Below the pieces are notes generated by a model. The model was not told the DNA's origin. It worked only from the letters and a program-made list of their open reading frames with translations, and did no database searches. 64,000 bases of DNA from Dictyostelium discoideum. Its lineage: Eukaryota. Positions 43,487 to 55,935 of the stretch are shown in pieces. How positions within the stretch are numbered: position 1 is the first letter of the stretch; each line of letters begins with the position of its first letter. Position numbers and translations under genes: made by a program. Where the stretch lies: the NCBI GenBank assembly GCA_000004695.1, contig CM000152.2, forward strand, positions 896,001-960,000. The letters run 5' to 3'.

Positions 43487-43885
43487 TGTTGAAATTTGAT
43501 TATCTAATTCTTTATTTTTTTTATTGGTAAAAATTAAATTTTTTAATTGTAATACAGAGTCATTTGAAAATTTGAAAAATGAAGATAAAATCTCTTTACA
43601 AGATATTTTTAATGAAGAAATTGATTTCGAAACAAAACAATATAATTGAAATAAAGTTGGAATAACTAATAGTTTTATATATATATATATATTAAAAATA
43701 TTAGAATTTAAAATACTTTTTTTTTTTTTTTAATTTTTTTTTTATTTAAAAACTTACTTTTTGAAATTGAATTTAAAAAGATTTGATTAAGTGATAACTT
43801 TGAAATTAATTTATGAATATCTTCAATTGAAAAGAATAAATCAACTTCTTTAATTATAATATTATCTTTACTAGTAGTTTCATCA

Positions 43886-43970
<85 letters not shown>

Positions 43971-44901
43971 TAGTTGTAGTTATATTAGTATGTTGTTGGA
44001 AAGATAAAAATGGATTTAAAATTGGATCAATTATATATTTAATGGTTAAATGTGGTTGATTATTTAACATTGTTTCAATTATTGATAAAACTGTTTCCAA
44101 TATCTTTCCTTTACTATCTCTATCACGTTGATGTAAGAGATCAATGATTTGAGGTGAAATTTTACTATAATATTCATCAACTTTCATAGTTGAGGGTACA
44201 GTTGTAATTAATTTAACTATATTACCTAATGATTTATTTGAAGTTTTACCATAACTACTATTTGATAAAATTGTATATAAAATGATTTTAATTGATTGTG
44301 GTCTCATTAAACATTTTGATAACATTATACCAATGCATTTTGTCAACCAAATTGGTTGATCATCACCACCACCACTACCACCACCACTTAGTAATAACAT
44401 TAATGATTCAAAAACCAATTCAGGATAAATTCCAAATAATAATGAATCCAATTCTTTAGCAACTAATTGTTTTTCATTTAATGTTAATGGTGATGATTTT
44501 AAATTTATTAATTGTAATAATGATGCGAATAAATCTGATAAATATCTTGAAGCTATAATTGAATTTAAATCTGTATTTAATTTTCTAATTTCAATTAAAG
44601 TACTAATGAAATGATTTAATTGAAAACAACAATACTTTTCATTATCTCTATATATTTTACTAGCATCACCACCATCGCCATGATTATTATTAAAGATTTG
44701 TTCAATAACTAAACTACTACTTGATACTCTTTTACCCATTGGTACACCAATACCTTTTGAAAAACATGGTGATATAATCCATCCAATTAATAAATCTAAT
44801 GAACTTTTTATTGTTTTTTGATCCTAAATATTTAATATTAAAAAAAAAAAAAAAATTATTTTATATTAGAATTTGAAAAATATTTTGTATATAAATTAAA
44901 C

Positions 44902-44971
<70 letters not shown>

Positions 44972-45535
44972 CCTCCATACATTTAAAGAAATTTGAAAAT
45001 CTATAGGATTACTTTTAACAATTTCTAATAAAATCTCTATCATTAATAAAGAGTATTTTAATTTAATTTTGAATTCATTAAGTGAATAGTTATTATTATT
45101 GTTATTGTTGTTAGTTTCATTAATATTTATATTTGTTAAATCATTTAAAACTTTTGAAAAGTATTGAAACTTTTCATTATACCTATTTATCATTAATAAA
45201 ATATCTTGATTTTTTTGTTGTGTTTTAATATAATGATTATCTTCATTATGATATTCTCTTTCATATTGATCATCTTGATCATCATCTTCATCTTCATCAT
45301 TAATTTCTAATGATTCTAAATCGTCTGGGGTTAAGTTATTTGTTGGTATTTTTGAAGGTAATTTCTCTTTTTTACCTATATCTTGGTTATTTGAATGTTG
45401 AAGTTCAAATAAAACTTTATTTAAATTCTCATCTATTGCTGCCCATAATTTTATTGGTATCTCAGGTTTTGATGAAATATTATACACAAAACTAACTAAA
45501 GAACTAAGGTTATTAAATAATAAGGTTGTGTTCAT
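41883..45535 (-). CDS. TANGO6 / Rtp1-like HEAT-repeat protein (RTP1 C-terminal domains), 3 exons (45535..44981, 44823..43758, 43360..41883)
   Basis: Exon A ends ..QISLN at donor GTATGG, and its intron contains (TA)32. Exon B begins at acceptor TATTTAG with DQKTIKSS..MGKRVSSS, carries poly-N, and ends at donor GTAAGT in phase 1. Exon C begins at acceptor CACTTTTAG (or 6 nt downstream). The C-terminal part has HPLLPIRAHALIELRRLV, DDDTFIYGCSINGLSALGDIYP and VGVRTSSLSNLATLCEMM..EIEVRRGAIFIFQQLLQGL, resembling RTP1_C1/C2. Confidence 0.55.
44905..44969. repeat. (TA)32 dinucleotide repeat, intronic in the TANGO6-like gene
   Basis: Seen directly. It generates the spurious YIYIYI tail of ORF 44861..45535. 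Confidence 0.9.
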
Positions 45536-46209
45536 TTAAGCAGAGTTGTAATGAAAATTAATTAAAAAAAAAAAAAAGTTAAAAATTCACAACGAAAAAA
45601 AAAAATCTTTTTTTTTGAAAATATTTTTTTTTTATTTTTTTTTTTATTTTTTTTTCCACACAATCCTTTGGTTGGAGATTCCGAAGGAAATAATTTTTTT
45701 TGTTTGTAAACATTCTTAATGTACATAATTCAAGATATTGTAAATTTATTGATTTAATTTTTTATAAAATATAGAGTGATCTATTTATCTATACTAAACC
45801 CATATCAAAAATAAATAAAATAAAATCATTTTTAAAATTAAAAATGAAAATTAAAATTGTCCAAGAAATTCCTAAAAAAAAAAATAATTAAAAAAAATAA
45901 AAGAAATCATAGATATTTTTTTTTTAATATGCATTTTATTGCAATAATAAATAATAGTTTTTTTTTTTTAATTTTATTATAATAGATTTAAAAAAAAAAA
46001 AAAAAACAAAATAAAAGAAAATGATATATAATTGAAAAAAAAAAATAAAATAAAAAAAAAAAAAAAGAAAGAAGAGGTTTTAAACAATATGTTTTAATAC
46101 CTAAACTTTTTTTTTTTTTTTTAAATTTCCTTTTTTTTTTTTCCTTCTTTTTTTTGTGTGTTTTTTTTTTTTTTTTTTTTTTCTTCTTTTTTTTTTTTTT
46201 TTAATAAAA

Positions 46210-47936
46210 TTAATTACGAATATTTAAATTCATTAAATTTCTTTGTTTATGTTCAATTGCCATTTCAATTGCAGATCTAAGTTGTTCAAGTTGAAATGGT
46301 TTTGAAATGAAATGATTCATACCATGATCGAAGCATCTCTTTTTATCAGTAGACATTGTATTGGCAGTTAAACCACAAATGAAAATGGAAGGACAAATTC
46401 TATTCCATTTATGATTTTGTTCAAATTCTCTAATAGTTTTTGAGCATCTTAAACCATCGAGTATTGGCATTTGAAAGTCCATAAATATGAGATCATAATG
46501 TTGTCTTTCTAATATTTCCAAAACCTCATTACCATTGCCAGCGACTTCAGCCTTGATACCAATTTTCTCCAAGAATTTAACGGCCACTCTTTGATTGATA
46601 ATGTTATCTTCAGCGATTAAAACTTTTACACAATCTTGAGGGAAAGCTTTATGACGTGCGCCATTGTTCATTTGTTGCATTGATTGGTCGGTACCCTCCT
46701 CCAAAGGTAAAATGAACCAAAAGGTAGAACCATCACAATCGGGATTGTTGTAAACTCCTATTTCACCCTTCATTAAACGTACCAACTTTGCACATAAATA
46801 AAGTCCCAAACCTGACCCACCATACTTTCTACTATCAGAGGGGTCAGCCTGAACAAAGGCTTCGAAAATCTTTTGATGACTTTCAACTGGTACACCAATA
46901 CCGGTATCTTTTACACGAAATGATATATTATATTCACCCTTTTTCAAAGACACCAATTCGGACTCCTCTTCGATGAGGTCAATTATGATTTTAACATAAC
47001 CACTCTGAGTGAATTTCAAAGCATTACCAGTTAAATTCATTAGTATTTGTAAGATTCTGCCAGAGTCACCAAGTAAAATCGAAGGAATCTTATCGGAAAC
47101 CTCACATGATAAATGAATATTCTTTTCATTAGCTTGACCAGACAAAACATGACAAATTTGTTGAGTTAATTCTCTCATTCTAAATGGTATATGTTCTAAA
47201 CCCATTTGATTGGCCTCCAATTTCGAAAGATCTAAAATATCATTAACCAATCTTAGTAGAATATCACCACACGATTTGACAGCCTTTGCCATTGTCTTCT
47301 CCTCTGGTGGTAGATTATGTGAATCTCTCAACAAAGTTGCCATACCAATTAAACCATTCAATGGTGTACGAATTTCATGACTCATTGTCGCTAAAAACTC
47401 TTGACGTGCTTGATATGCCTCAATGGCAGCATCCTTTGCAATTGTTAATTGTGCATTCTTTAATTTAGTTTCTCTATGTGCTTCATCTATAAAGTATTGA
47501 TAACATAATGTGAAAATCAATGTCATAATGATTATAGTTACATCAATGATGAAATTCATATGACTTCTAATTATAATCGATGGTATACCTTGAACATATT
47601 CATGTCCATACAAATTGGCTACAAAAAATAATAAATAAATTGATAAAACCATTAATGACCATTGTATCGATGCTTTTCTACCTAAAACCAATGCCGATAT
47701 AATAGGTACTGTACTCATTAACAATCTAATCGTACTCTGATGACCACCAGTATAATATGAATTAATTGTTAATGCAAAACATAATGTAAAACATAAAATA
47801 TGACATGGATAATGAATTGAACCAGTTCTTTTTAAAATTACTAAACTTGAAATTGACATTGGCATTGCAATTATTGCCATTACTGCTGGTTTATTAATAC
47901 CTAATTAAACAACAATTAAACATAACATAACATATT

Positions 47937-47967
<31 letters not shown>

Positions 47968-49537
47968 TATTATTATAAATATCTTTTATAATATAAATAT
48001 ACATACCAGATAACCAAAAAAATATTATCCAAGAAGGTATAAAACTTAAAATTGTAAAACAAAAACCAATGATTAATTTTGCTTTATATTTTTCAGTTGA
48101 TTTAATATTTGAACCATCCAATACTATTGAACAAATAAAATTAAATGAATTAAAAATGATATTATGTTCATGAAATGAAGGTGTTCTTTTCTCTTCAACA
48201 AGATTTTGTTGAGAATCATGTTGTTTTTGATCAATTTCAAATTTATTCATTAAATCATTAACATTATTATAATTATTATTTATATTATTATTATTATTAA
48301 TATTATTATTATTATTACTATTATTATTACCAATTTGTTCTTGTTGAATTTGTTGTTGTTGTTGTTGTTTTTGTTTTTGTTGTTGTTGACGTTGTAAAAG
48401 TATTGGATGTTGTTTAGTTTTATTTTGTTGTTGTTGTTGTTGCTGTTGCTGTAATTGTTGTTGTTGTTCAGTTGTAAATTGAAACGGTATATGTTGTTGT
48501 TCTTGTTCTTGACGTTTATTAATTGGTGAGGAATATTGTAAAGTATTATCTTGCTGTTGTTGCTGTTGTTGTTGTTGTTGAATATCAATTAAATCATTTT
48601 GTAAAATATCGAAATTTTCATTTAAATGAGAATGTTTCCATTGATCTAAATTATCAGTATTATAAACTACCAATGATTTCTTTGAACTATTTTCCAAAGC
48701 TAATTGGTCCAAATATTGATCGTTATCACTATTTGGTGAATTCATTCTAAAACATGGTGATGGAACTTGTGCTGGTTTCTTTCTAAATGGTATTAACGGA
48801 TGACTTCCATTCATTGTTGCTCCATCTTTTCCTTCCTTTTTATTATTATTGTTGCTTTTACTATTATTATTACTATTACTATTACTATTATTATTATTGT
48901 TATTATTATTATTGTTATTATTATTGTTGTTATTATTATTATTACCATTACCTCCACTACCACTTGCCCCACTATTGGAGCTACTACTACTACTATTTTG
49001 GTTACCATTATTATTATTATGGCTATTATTATTATTGTTGTTGTTGTTGTTTTGTTGATTTTTATTTACATTGTTTGATTGGTTACTGTTACCAGTACCA
49101 TTGTTACTATTTACATTTTTATTCATATTTACAAAGTGTGCTTGTTGCTGTTGTTTATTATATAAGGTTTTATTACAATTTTGTATATTATATGTATTGT
49201 TTAAATTTGCTTCATCGATATCGCTACCAATGTCTGTATCATCATAAAATTCGTTACTATCATTTGATTGAGTATCATCCTGATAAAGGTAATACGGATC
49301 AGTTTCATATAGGATTTCGTCTTTTTGTGGAAACATATATTCTGATAAACTACCGAACAACCTCTTTACAATTTGAAATGATTGTTTAACTGATGATGAT
49401 GATGATGATGATGATAATGACGATGATGATGACGATGATGACAATGATATTCTATGTTGGGTAGCAATTGTTTGGTCTTTTTGTTGTTGTTGTTGTTTTG
49501 GTTGTTTTTGATTGTTTTTATATTGTTCAATATTACA

Positions 49538-49611
<74 letters not shown>

Positions 49612-49957
49612 TACTACTACAACCACTACTATTATTTCTACTACTGCTACTACTATAATTATTATTATTATTATTACCTATTGTGTCTGAATTGAAAATC
49701 GATAATAATATCGGTGGTTTGGGTGGAAGAAATGAGTTTAATGATAAACACTGTGACCCTACTGAATTTGGATGATGACTTAAAAAAGAATTCGGAATAC
49801 TAGAATAAATTATTGAATTTTGATTATATTCAAAGTATTTATTTGTATTGGTTTTATTTATATTATTATTATTATTGTTATTATTAGATGAATTATTTCT
49901 AGTATTAGTATTATTTTCATTTTTATTTATTTTTGAATGATTGTTTAACTCAATCAT
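46210..49957 (-). CDS. Hybrid signal-transduction histidine kinase with C-terminal receiver domain, 2 exons (49957..48007, 47900..46210)
   Basis: Exon 1 is about 650 aa and N/Q/S-rich, ending in the TM segment FIPSWIIFFWLS at donor GTATGT in phase 1. Acceptor TTTAATTAG precedes exon 2, which has further TM helices. H-box ATMSHEIRTPLNGLIGMATLL, N-box LTGNALKFT, G1 DTGIGV and G2 GGSGLGL follow. The receiver is VLIAEDNIINQRVAVKFLEKIGIK..DLIFMDFQMPILDG..ISKP. Confidence 0.8.
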
Positions 49958-50016
49958 TCTTTATTTTTTTTTATTTTTGTTTTTTTTTTATTTTTTATTT
50001 ATTTATTTATTTATTT

Positions 50017-50056
<40 letters not shown>

Positions 50057-50263
50057 TTTTATCTATAAATAAATAAATAAATAAATTAAAAATTAACAAC
50101 AAAACAAAAAAATGATAAAAAAAAAAATTTAAGGAAATAATTGGACAAAAAAAAAAAAAAAAAAATTTTTAATTAAAAAAAAATATTGAGGAAAAAAACA
50201 ATGTTAAAAAAAAAAAAATAAAAAAATAAAAAATTTTTTATTATTTTTTATCGATCTTGGAAG

Positions 50264-50300
<37 letters not shown>

Positions 50301-50496
50301 AAAAAAAGTAAAAAATAATTGGTAATCTATGAAAAAGTGATTTTCGATAGAACAGGGGGTGCTGATTTTCACTAAATATAAAATGTGATTTTTTAATTTT
50401 CTTTTTTTATTTTTATTTTCCAATTTTGTTTTTTATTTTTGTTTTTGTTTTTTATTTTTATTATTTTTATTATCCAATTTTTTTTATTATTATTTA

Positions 50497-50546
<50 letters not shown>

Positions 50547-50937
50547 CGATAAATTGAATATATGTTATATGATATATAAACAGAAATGAAAAATTGTTTT
50601 TATAAACATAGATTTGATAATAAACTATTTTAAAATGAATAAATCGAATATTTTAAAAGTGGGTGAGAGTGTGTGGTTCTCTTTAAAAAAAATAAAAATA
50701 AAAATAAAAAAATAAATGAAAAAAAAAAGTTAAAATAAAAAAAAAAAATACAAAAATTAAAAAATTAATAAATAAAAACAAACAAAAATGGAGTGGTTTT
50801 TAAATAAAAAAAAAAAAATAAAAAAAAAATGAATGCACTACCACTCCCCTAATTATGATACTAACATACAAGTATATTTTAAATTAATAAGATAGATTTT
50901 TTTTTATGATATCTTTTTTTTTTTTTTTTTTACATCA

Positions 50938-50977
<40 letters not shown>

Positions 50978-52074
50978 CCACACATAATTATTACATTTTT
51001 GTGCCACAGAAAAAAAACTAAATTTAGTTTAGCAATAATTGTTAAAAAAATTACCTCTTCTATTTTGTTTTTTCTTAAAAATTATTTTTAGGGCGAAAAT
51101 ATTATTGTTTAGAAGAAAAAAGAAAAAAAAAAAAAAAAAAGTGGAAAAAAAAAGAATTTTCAAAAAAAAAAAAAATAAAATAAAAATAAAATTATATTAT
51201 ATTATGTATATGAATAAAACTCCAAGATATGAATGAAGTTTTCAAAGATCTATACAAAAAGAAAAATCTTTGTGTGGTGTTTTTAAAGTGGTAGTGGTGT
51301 GGTTAATAAATTTAAAAATTAATTGAAACATTGCGTGTGGAATTACAATAGTTTTGGTGTTTCAAAAAAAAAATAAAAAATAAAAATATATAATTAAAAA
51401 CAATAAAACAAAATAAATAAATTTAAAAAAGAGATTTAAAAAAATAATAAAAAAAATAATAAAAAAAATCTTTTTCAATTAAAAAAATATTATAATATCT
51501 ACCTTTTACTACAAGAGGTAGCTGTGTTGAATATGTTTTTTTTTTTTTTTAACATTTAGAAATAAAAAAACTATTTAAAAAAAAAGATTTCCTTTGATTT
51601 TTAAAGTATAAATTTCTATATTTTTTATTGTTATTATAATTTAAAAAAAAATTTTTTTTTTTTTTTTCTTAATAATTATTTTCTTATTTTATAATTATTA
51701 TTATTATTTTTTTGATTTCTTTTATATTTTAATTATTTTTTTAACTTTTTTATTATTTTATTTTAAAATTTTTTTTTTAAAAAACATTTTTTTTTAAAAT
51801 TTTATAAACAGATAAAATATTTTTTTATTTTTTTTTTTTTTTATTTTTATTATTTATTTTATTATTTAAAAATAAAAAAATAAAAAAATGTAAAAAAAAA
51901 TGTAAAAAATAAAAAAAGTGGTATTATAATTAATTATTATTATTATTATTATTATTTATTGCTTTTAAACCTACAAGTATTTTTATTTTTTTTTTAATTA
52001 TTAAAAAAAAAAAAAAAAAAATTAATTTTATTTTTTTGTCCTATAACATTTAAAAAAAAAAATAATAGGAAAAA

Positions 52075-52108
<34 letters not shown>

Positions 52109-53494
52109 AAAAAGATTGATAACATGAAAAAACAACAATGGAGTGTCTCATAATAAAAAAATAAATAAAAAATAAATAAATAATAAAAAAACCATAAAAT
52201 CCATTGTTTTTTTTTTTTTTTTTTTTGTATTTTGAACTGATTTTTTCTATTGCGGTGAAATGGAGGGTTATTTTCTTTTTTTTTCTTTTCATCCCTTCCA
52301 TATATAACCAATTTTTAAAAATTTTAAAATAAAATTATTTTTTAAAATAAAATTTTGTCGATCCTTCAATTGGTCAAAAAAAAAAAAATTTTTTTATTTT
52401 ATAAAATTTCTAAAAAGGGTTAAAAAGGAGCAAAAAAATAAAAAATTTTAAAATAAAAAAAAAAAAATTAAAATTAAAAAAAAAATAAAAATAAAAAAAA
52501 AAAATGAATCCATTAGATAATGAAATGTTTCAAAAAAAAATAAAAAAAAAAAAATTAAATAACTAATTAATTTCTTTTTTAAGAAGTAGTTTATCAATTA
52601 TAAAATATAATTATCAACCTTAAAAAAAAAAACAACAAATAATAAAGTGATTTGTTTTCTTCACTTTTTTTTAAATAATTGGGAATTACATAATGTAAAT
52701 AAGTGATCAAAAAATAAAAATTGATACATATTTATTGGAATGGATTCAATTTAAAAAGAATGATTAATTAACTATTGGTCTTACCTTTTATTTCCTTTTT
52801 TTTTCCAATTTTTTAATATTTTTAATCTCTTTTTTTTTTTTTCCCTATTCAAAGTTAAAATTTTTTTTTTTTTTTTTCAAACTGTTTTATTTATAATATT
52901 ATTATAATTATTTTTTTTACTATTACTATTAATATTATTACTATAATTTTTTATTTAAAATTAAATTTTTATTTAATTTATTTTTATTTTTTATGATTTT
53001 ATATTTATAGTTGTATGTTCATTTTTTTTTAAAAAAAAAATATTTAATTTTTATTAATGTTGGGTTATAAATATAAATAATTTAAAATAGGAATAAATTA
53101 ATTTTTTTTTTAAAATAATAAAAAAAAAAAAAAAAACTAATAGGTTTCGAACCTGGTGATCATTTGATTATTTTAAAATTTTTTTATATTAAAATAAAAT
53201 AATAAATAATAGCCTGTTATCAGGTATTAAATCTAACAAAAAAAAAACAAATTTAAATTAAAAATTCTTTTCATAAAATTACCCTTAATTTAATAAAAAA
53301 AAAAAAAAAAAAAAGTAAGGTTAATAGTCACAAAATAGATTTAATAATAGTGTTTCACAATAGGGTGTAGATCATTCCTAAAAATAATATTTTGATTTTA
53401 AAATTTTTTTATTTGTTTATTTATAAAATTCAGATAACAACTTAATAAAAAACTAAAACCAAAATAAACCACAACCCACAACATTTCTTTTTCC

Positions 53495-53527
<33 letters not shown>

Positions 53528-54006
53528 TATTATTTTTTAAAAAAAAAATCTAAAAAAAAAGATTTTAATAATTGGATGTATATTTTGTGTACAACCACAC
53601 AATTAATTTTTTTTTTTTATTGTATTTTAAAAGGTCAAAAATAAGGGTATATATATTATGTTATTTATAACAATCAAATTAAATTAATAAATAAATAAAT
53701 TAATTTAAACACTAACCTATTATGTATAAATGCAAATTACTCACTTGATAAATCGTAATAATCTATTTTTTAAAAACTACATTTCCAAAAAATAAATTAA
53801 ATTAAATTAAATTATAATAAAAATAAAAATAATAATAATAATAAAAATAAAAATAAATAAAACAATATAAAAAAACAATTATTTTTCATTGTTTAAAAAC
53901 ATTTTACTTTCAAATTTCTTTTTTTTTTTTAATTTTTATTTCTTTTAGTATTCCCAAATTCCCAAATTTTTACACAAAATAAAAAAAAAAAAAAAAATGA
54001 AAAATG

Positions 54007-54042
<36 letters not shown>

Positions 54043-54149
54043 TAAAATATAAAAACTCGATTATTGTGTATTTTAATAAAAATAGTTTATCAAAAAAAGA
54101 AATAGAAATTTTTAAACAAATAAATATAAATAAATAAATTAAAAAGAAA

Positions 54150-55676
54150 ATGACAGATTCAGTAGTTAGAGGATTTGAAGATGAATTATCATTTATTGAA
54201 AAGATAGATTCAGTTAGATATAGAGTTAAAAAAGGATTTGTACCAAATATGAATGTTGATGGTATGATCTATGTTAATGATTCAATTAAAGATTATTTAT
54301 ATGAAGAATTGGAACAATATTCAAAACGTGGTGTTAGTGGATTTTTACCAGCAGTTAAACAGATTGCAAATGTTGCAAGTTTACCAGGTATTGTGGGACA
54401 TTCATTGGGTATGCCTGATATTCATAGTGGCTATGGGTTTAGTATTGGTAATGTTGCAGCATTTGATACAGAGGACCCGCTATCGATCGTTTCACCTGGG
54501 GGTGTTGGTTTCGATATTAATTGTGGTGTAAGATTATTAAGAACCAATTTAACAGAGAAAGATATTGAACCAATTAAAGAACAACTTTGCCAATCACTTT
54601 TCGACCATGTACCAGTTGGTGTGGGCTCCAAGGGTGTCATACCAATGAATATAAAGACCCTAAATCAAGCATTGGAAATGGGTGTCGACTGGTCATTGGG
54701 TGAGGGTTATGCATGGGTTGAGGATAAAGAGCATTGTGAAGAGTATGGCAGAATGTTGAATGCCGACCCAACCAAAGTGTCCGAGAGGGCAAAGAAGAGG
54801 GGTTTGCCACAATTGGGTACTTTGGGAGCTGGTAATCATTATTTAGAGGTGCAGGTGGTCGATGAAATCTATGATAAAGCAGCTGCAAATAAAATGGGTA
54901 TCGATAGACAAGGTCAAATTTGTATTATGATTCATAGTGGTAGTAGAGGTTTGGGTCATCAAGTTGCAACCGATTCCTTGACTCTAATGGAGAAAGCAAT
55001 GGCAAGAGATCACATTCATTTAAATGATAAACAATTGGCATGCTCAAGAATTAACAGTACCGAAGGTCAAGACTACCTCTCTGGTATGGCTGCCGCCGCA
55101 AATTTCGCTTGGGTAAATAGACAAAGTATGACTTTTCTAACAAGACAAGCATTTGCCAAAGCATTCAATTCAACCCCTGACGATTTAGATATGCATGTAA
55201 TCTATGATGTGTCTCATAATATAGCAAAATTCGAAGAACACAATGTAAATGGTAGACCAAAGAAATTATTAGTACATAGAAAAGGTGCAACTCGTGCATT
55301 TGCACCTCATCATCCATTGATACCCGTCGATTATCAATTCACTGGTCAACCAGTATTAATTGGTGGTACAATGGGTACTTGTAGTTATGTTTTAACTGGT
55401 ACTGAATTAGGTATGAATGAAACTTTTGGTTCAACTTGTCATGGTGCAGGTAGATCTTGTTCAAGAAATAAATCTAGAAATAATTTATCATACACTGATG
55501 TCTTGGATAGTTTACAAGCAAAAGGTATTAGTATTCGTGTTGCATCTCCAAAATTAGTTATGGAAGAAGCTCCTGAATCTTATAAAGATGTTGTACAAGT
55601 TATTGAAACTTGTCATAAAGCTGGAATTTCAAAAAAATCTGTAAAATTAAGACCAATTGCTGTTATTAAAGGTTAA
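54150..55676 (+). CDS. rtcB: RNA-splicing ligase RtcB (HSPC117) homolog
   Basis: Single 508-codon [29 protein letters not shown] and [42 protein letters not shown] align near-identically in motif order to human RTCB. Also [13 protein letters not shown] and [14 protein letters not shown]. Confidence 0.9.
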
Positions 55677-55822
55677 AAAAAATAAAATTTTTATTTGTTT
55701 TTAATAAAAAAAAAAAAAAAAAAAGAAAAGAAAGAAATATATCTATAATAAAATCGGATTTTATTTTGTTTGTTTAATTTGTTTTTGTTTTTTTTTTTTG
55801 ATGGTTTTTGTACAAAGGTTTT

Positions 55823-55855
<33 letters not shown>

Positions 55856-55935
55856 GATTATAATATATATAGATATAAATAGATAAATAATATTTGTTTT
55901 TTTTTTTTTTTTTTTTATTATTATTTTCTTTTTTT

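Noticed and set aside
48787-49695. Plus-strand poly-Y/I/L ORFs
   Set aside because: Antisense frames of N/Q/S-coding repeats in the histidine kinase gene.
53141-53165. tRNA-like ggtttcgaacc motif
   Set aside because: It forms only a 5-bp stem with a 3-nt loop. There is no 7-nt T-loop, no matching acceptor or D/anticodon arms, and no A/B box pair. No other tRNA-like sequence (GTTCGAATC / GGTTCAAATCC type) was found in the window.
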